A stretch of 63,962 nucleotides of DNA, filler included, from Asterionella formosa (Eukaryota), in the NCBI GenBank assembly GCA_002256025.1. It is 27 parts of 27 records of this genome, joined end to end, with 100 filler letters (N's around TTAATTAATTAA, not from the genome) between each part and the next. Parts side by side here need not be neighbours in the genome. Positions count along the whole stretch, not along the records: positions 62,514 to 63,962 come from NKIB01002388.1; 26 more parts are not named here. One strand, given 5' to 3'. Every line of letters starts with the position of its first letter. Positions within the stretch are counted from its first letter, which is position 1. Shown one piece after another: positions 62,414 to 63,962 of this stretch. The position numbers were made by a program, and so were the translations under genes. The notes under the pieces are model-generated. The model worked only from the letters and a program-made list of their open reading frames with translations, had not been told where the DNA came from and did no database searches.

Positions 62414-62816
62414 NNNNNNNNNNNNNNNNNNNNNNNNNNNNNNNNNNNNNNNNNNNNTTAATTAATTAANNNNNNNNNNNNNNNNNNNNNNNNNNNNNNN
62501 NNNNNNNNNNNNNATGATCAATTGACGCTCAGGGGAAGCTTGTTTATTGATTTCAGTAAATCCTGTGATATGGCTAACACATATATCTTCAGTCCAGCAG
62601 ATTCCTTGCTTGTTCACCTACTGCTACAAAAGATGACTCATAGATATCGTCCTGTCTGACTGGATGAGCGTTGCAATACACTCAGATGCTCAGTCCCACC
62701 ATAACAGTCTCAACAAGAAAGTCATAGTGATGTGGCTGGAAGATTACCTTCTTCATGATATCTCTGAGAGTCAATAACAGTGGCTGGATGCCATGATATT
62801 ACTCAATAAAACATTT

Positions 62817-63758
62817 CAACATGTTTATAATCGACTTCGACTTTGCTGCCTGTCTCAAGACCTTAAAGAAGCTCCTAAAACTCATGATAACTCATCCAGA
62901 AGATCAAGAGGTTTCCGCCAAGGAAGATTTGAGGTTGATTGTCATTTTGCTTGATTGACAATGCGTGGCAACAAGTGTTTGAATGGAACAATGAAAAGAA
63001 CACAAAATAATTGATTCGCTTGGTTTTGGCTTACTTCGAGAGTCAACAATCATTCAATGATCAACTCAAGCACATCCTCAAGCATGAGTTCTACCATAAG
63101 CCGAAATCGACTTCGCATCGCTGAAGGCAGTCGTGTTATGTCGAGAGAACGCGCGTGCCTGGTGTCAATTTTCTAACACAAAATCGTAAATAAATAGTTG
63201 AAGTTGAAGACAATTCCATGACGTATCAAGAAAATAAGCGTGACTGGTGTCAATTTTAACAAAAGATCGTCTTCGCATTGCTAAATGCAGTCCTGTGATA
63301 TATCAAGAATACAAACACCATTTCAAGCGTAAATTTGTACATGATAATTTTATACTCAGGGGTGATGGCAGGGCACATGCATTTTAGTGCAGCCGGCCAC
63401 GCATGGGATATGAAACAACGGTCAAACATAAGGTTCATGGAGTTATCATTACTAACACTACTAACTCTGTTCCTGTTCCTATGGCATGGAACTTCGACAC
63501 GGAGCGAATTATCATACTAACACAGCTAACGCTATTCATGTTATTTGGGTTAACCCTATGATGATGTCTGGTTAGGGTACTGTGCCGAGGGCCATACCTG
63601 CCGACTTTTATGAATCTGCCCAGGAAATTTTAATGGTCATGAACCCTCCTGTTGGTCAGTTAGTGGCCGATGTGCCTAATAAAAAACCAGCAGAATGCTG
63701 AACATATCGCCTTAACAGAATTATGTGCGACAATAGCAACAATGCTATGATTTTAATA

Positions 63759-63796
<38 letters not shown>

Positions 63797-63962
63797 GAGC
63801 GACAGCACATTGAATATGTCTTACGTCAATCATTACCTGAATAACTTTTGTTATTTACAGGATAATTACAGGTTGGATATCACCGCTATTTTAACACGGG
63901 ATATTTTAAAATGCAAAGGTAGATTCAATATATCATTCCATATGCACATCTCAAGACCTGAT
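62817..63962 (+). repeat. Dispersed repeat family B, another copy
   Basis: Matches 47019-47680, 48203-48468 and 58913-59081. It lacks much of the internal duplication and has a longer (TA)n. Confidence 0.9.

Noticed and set aside
1459..62513. Regularly spaced TTAATTAATTAA palindromes with about 1.55-kb periodicity
   Set aside because: Artificial six-frame-stop linkers between size-sorted contigs. Adjacency across them has no biological meaning, and ORFs ending in X...LIN are artefacts.

Overview
This is eukaryotic nuclear DNA, almost certainly from a diatom: it has GT-AG introns, bipartite plastid-targeting peptides, a plastid class II aldolase, a KRE6/TGS-type GH16 and CoDi-type Copia elements. 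It is not one locus. It is 27 unrelated contigs joined by 26 artificial 100-nt linkers (N44-TTAATTAATTAA-N44). Most contigs are about 1.45 kb and rich in repeats or gene fragments. One 23.9-kb gene-dense contig (13985-37867) carries nine host genes: an ER Met-rich protein, a MerA/DLD-like flavoprotein, an SDR, two tandem SLC35F/EamA transporters, a DUF4239-like plastid membrane protein, a plastid methyltransferase, a GH16 transglycosylase and a P5 ATPase. That contig ends in a Copia LTR element. Mobile DNA includes a PIF/Harbinger transposase with its TIR, several Copia/CoDi fragments (one nested in another), a Crypton-type tyrosine recombinase, and unclassified dispersed and tandem repeats. 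The most notable observations are: (1) a NEDD4-like HECT ligase whose catalytic Cys is Ser in both copies; (2) a strong, nearly intergenic-only excess of the palindrome TACCGGTA and related GGTACC/TACCAGG motifs; (3) a Crypton recombinase preceded by an array of inverted AAATTCTACC motifs; (4) a P5 ATPase with a non-canonical M4 motif; (5) an unknown multicopy repeat encoding a duplicated protein module. All calls were made by eye, with no database search.
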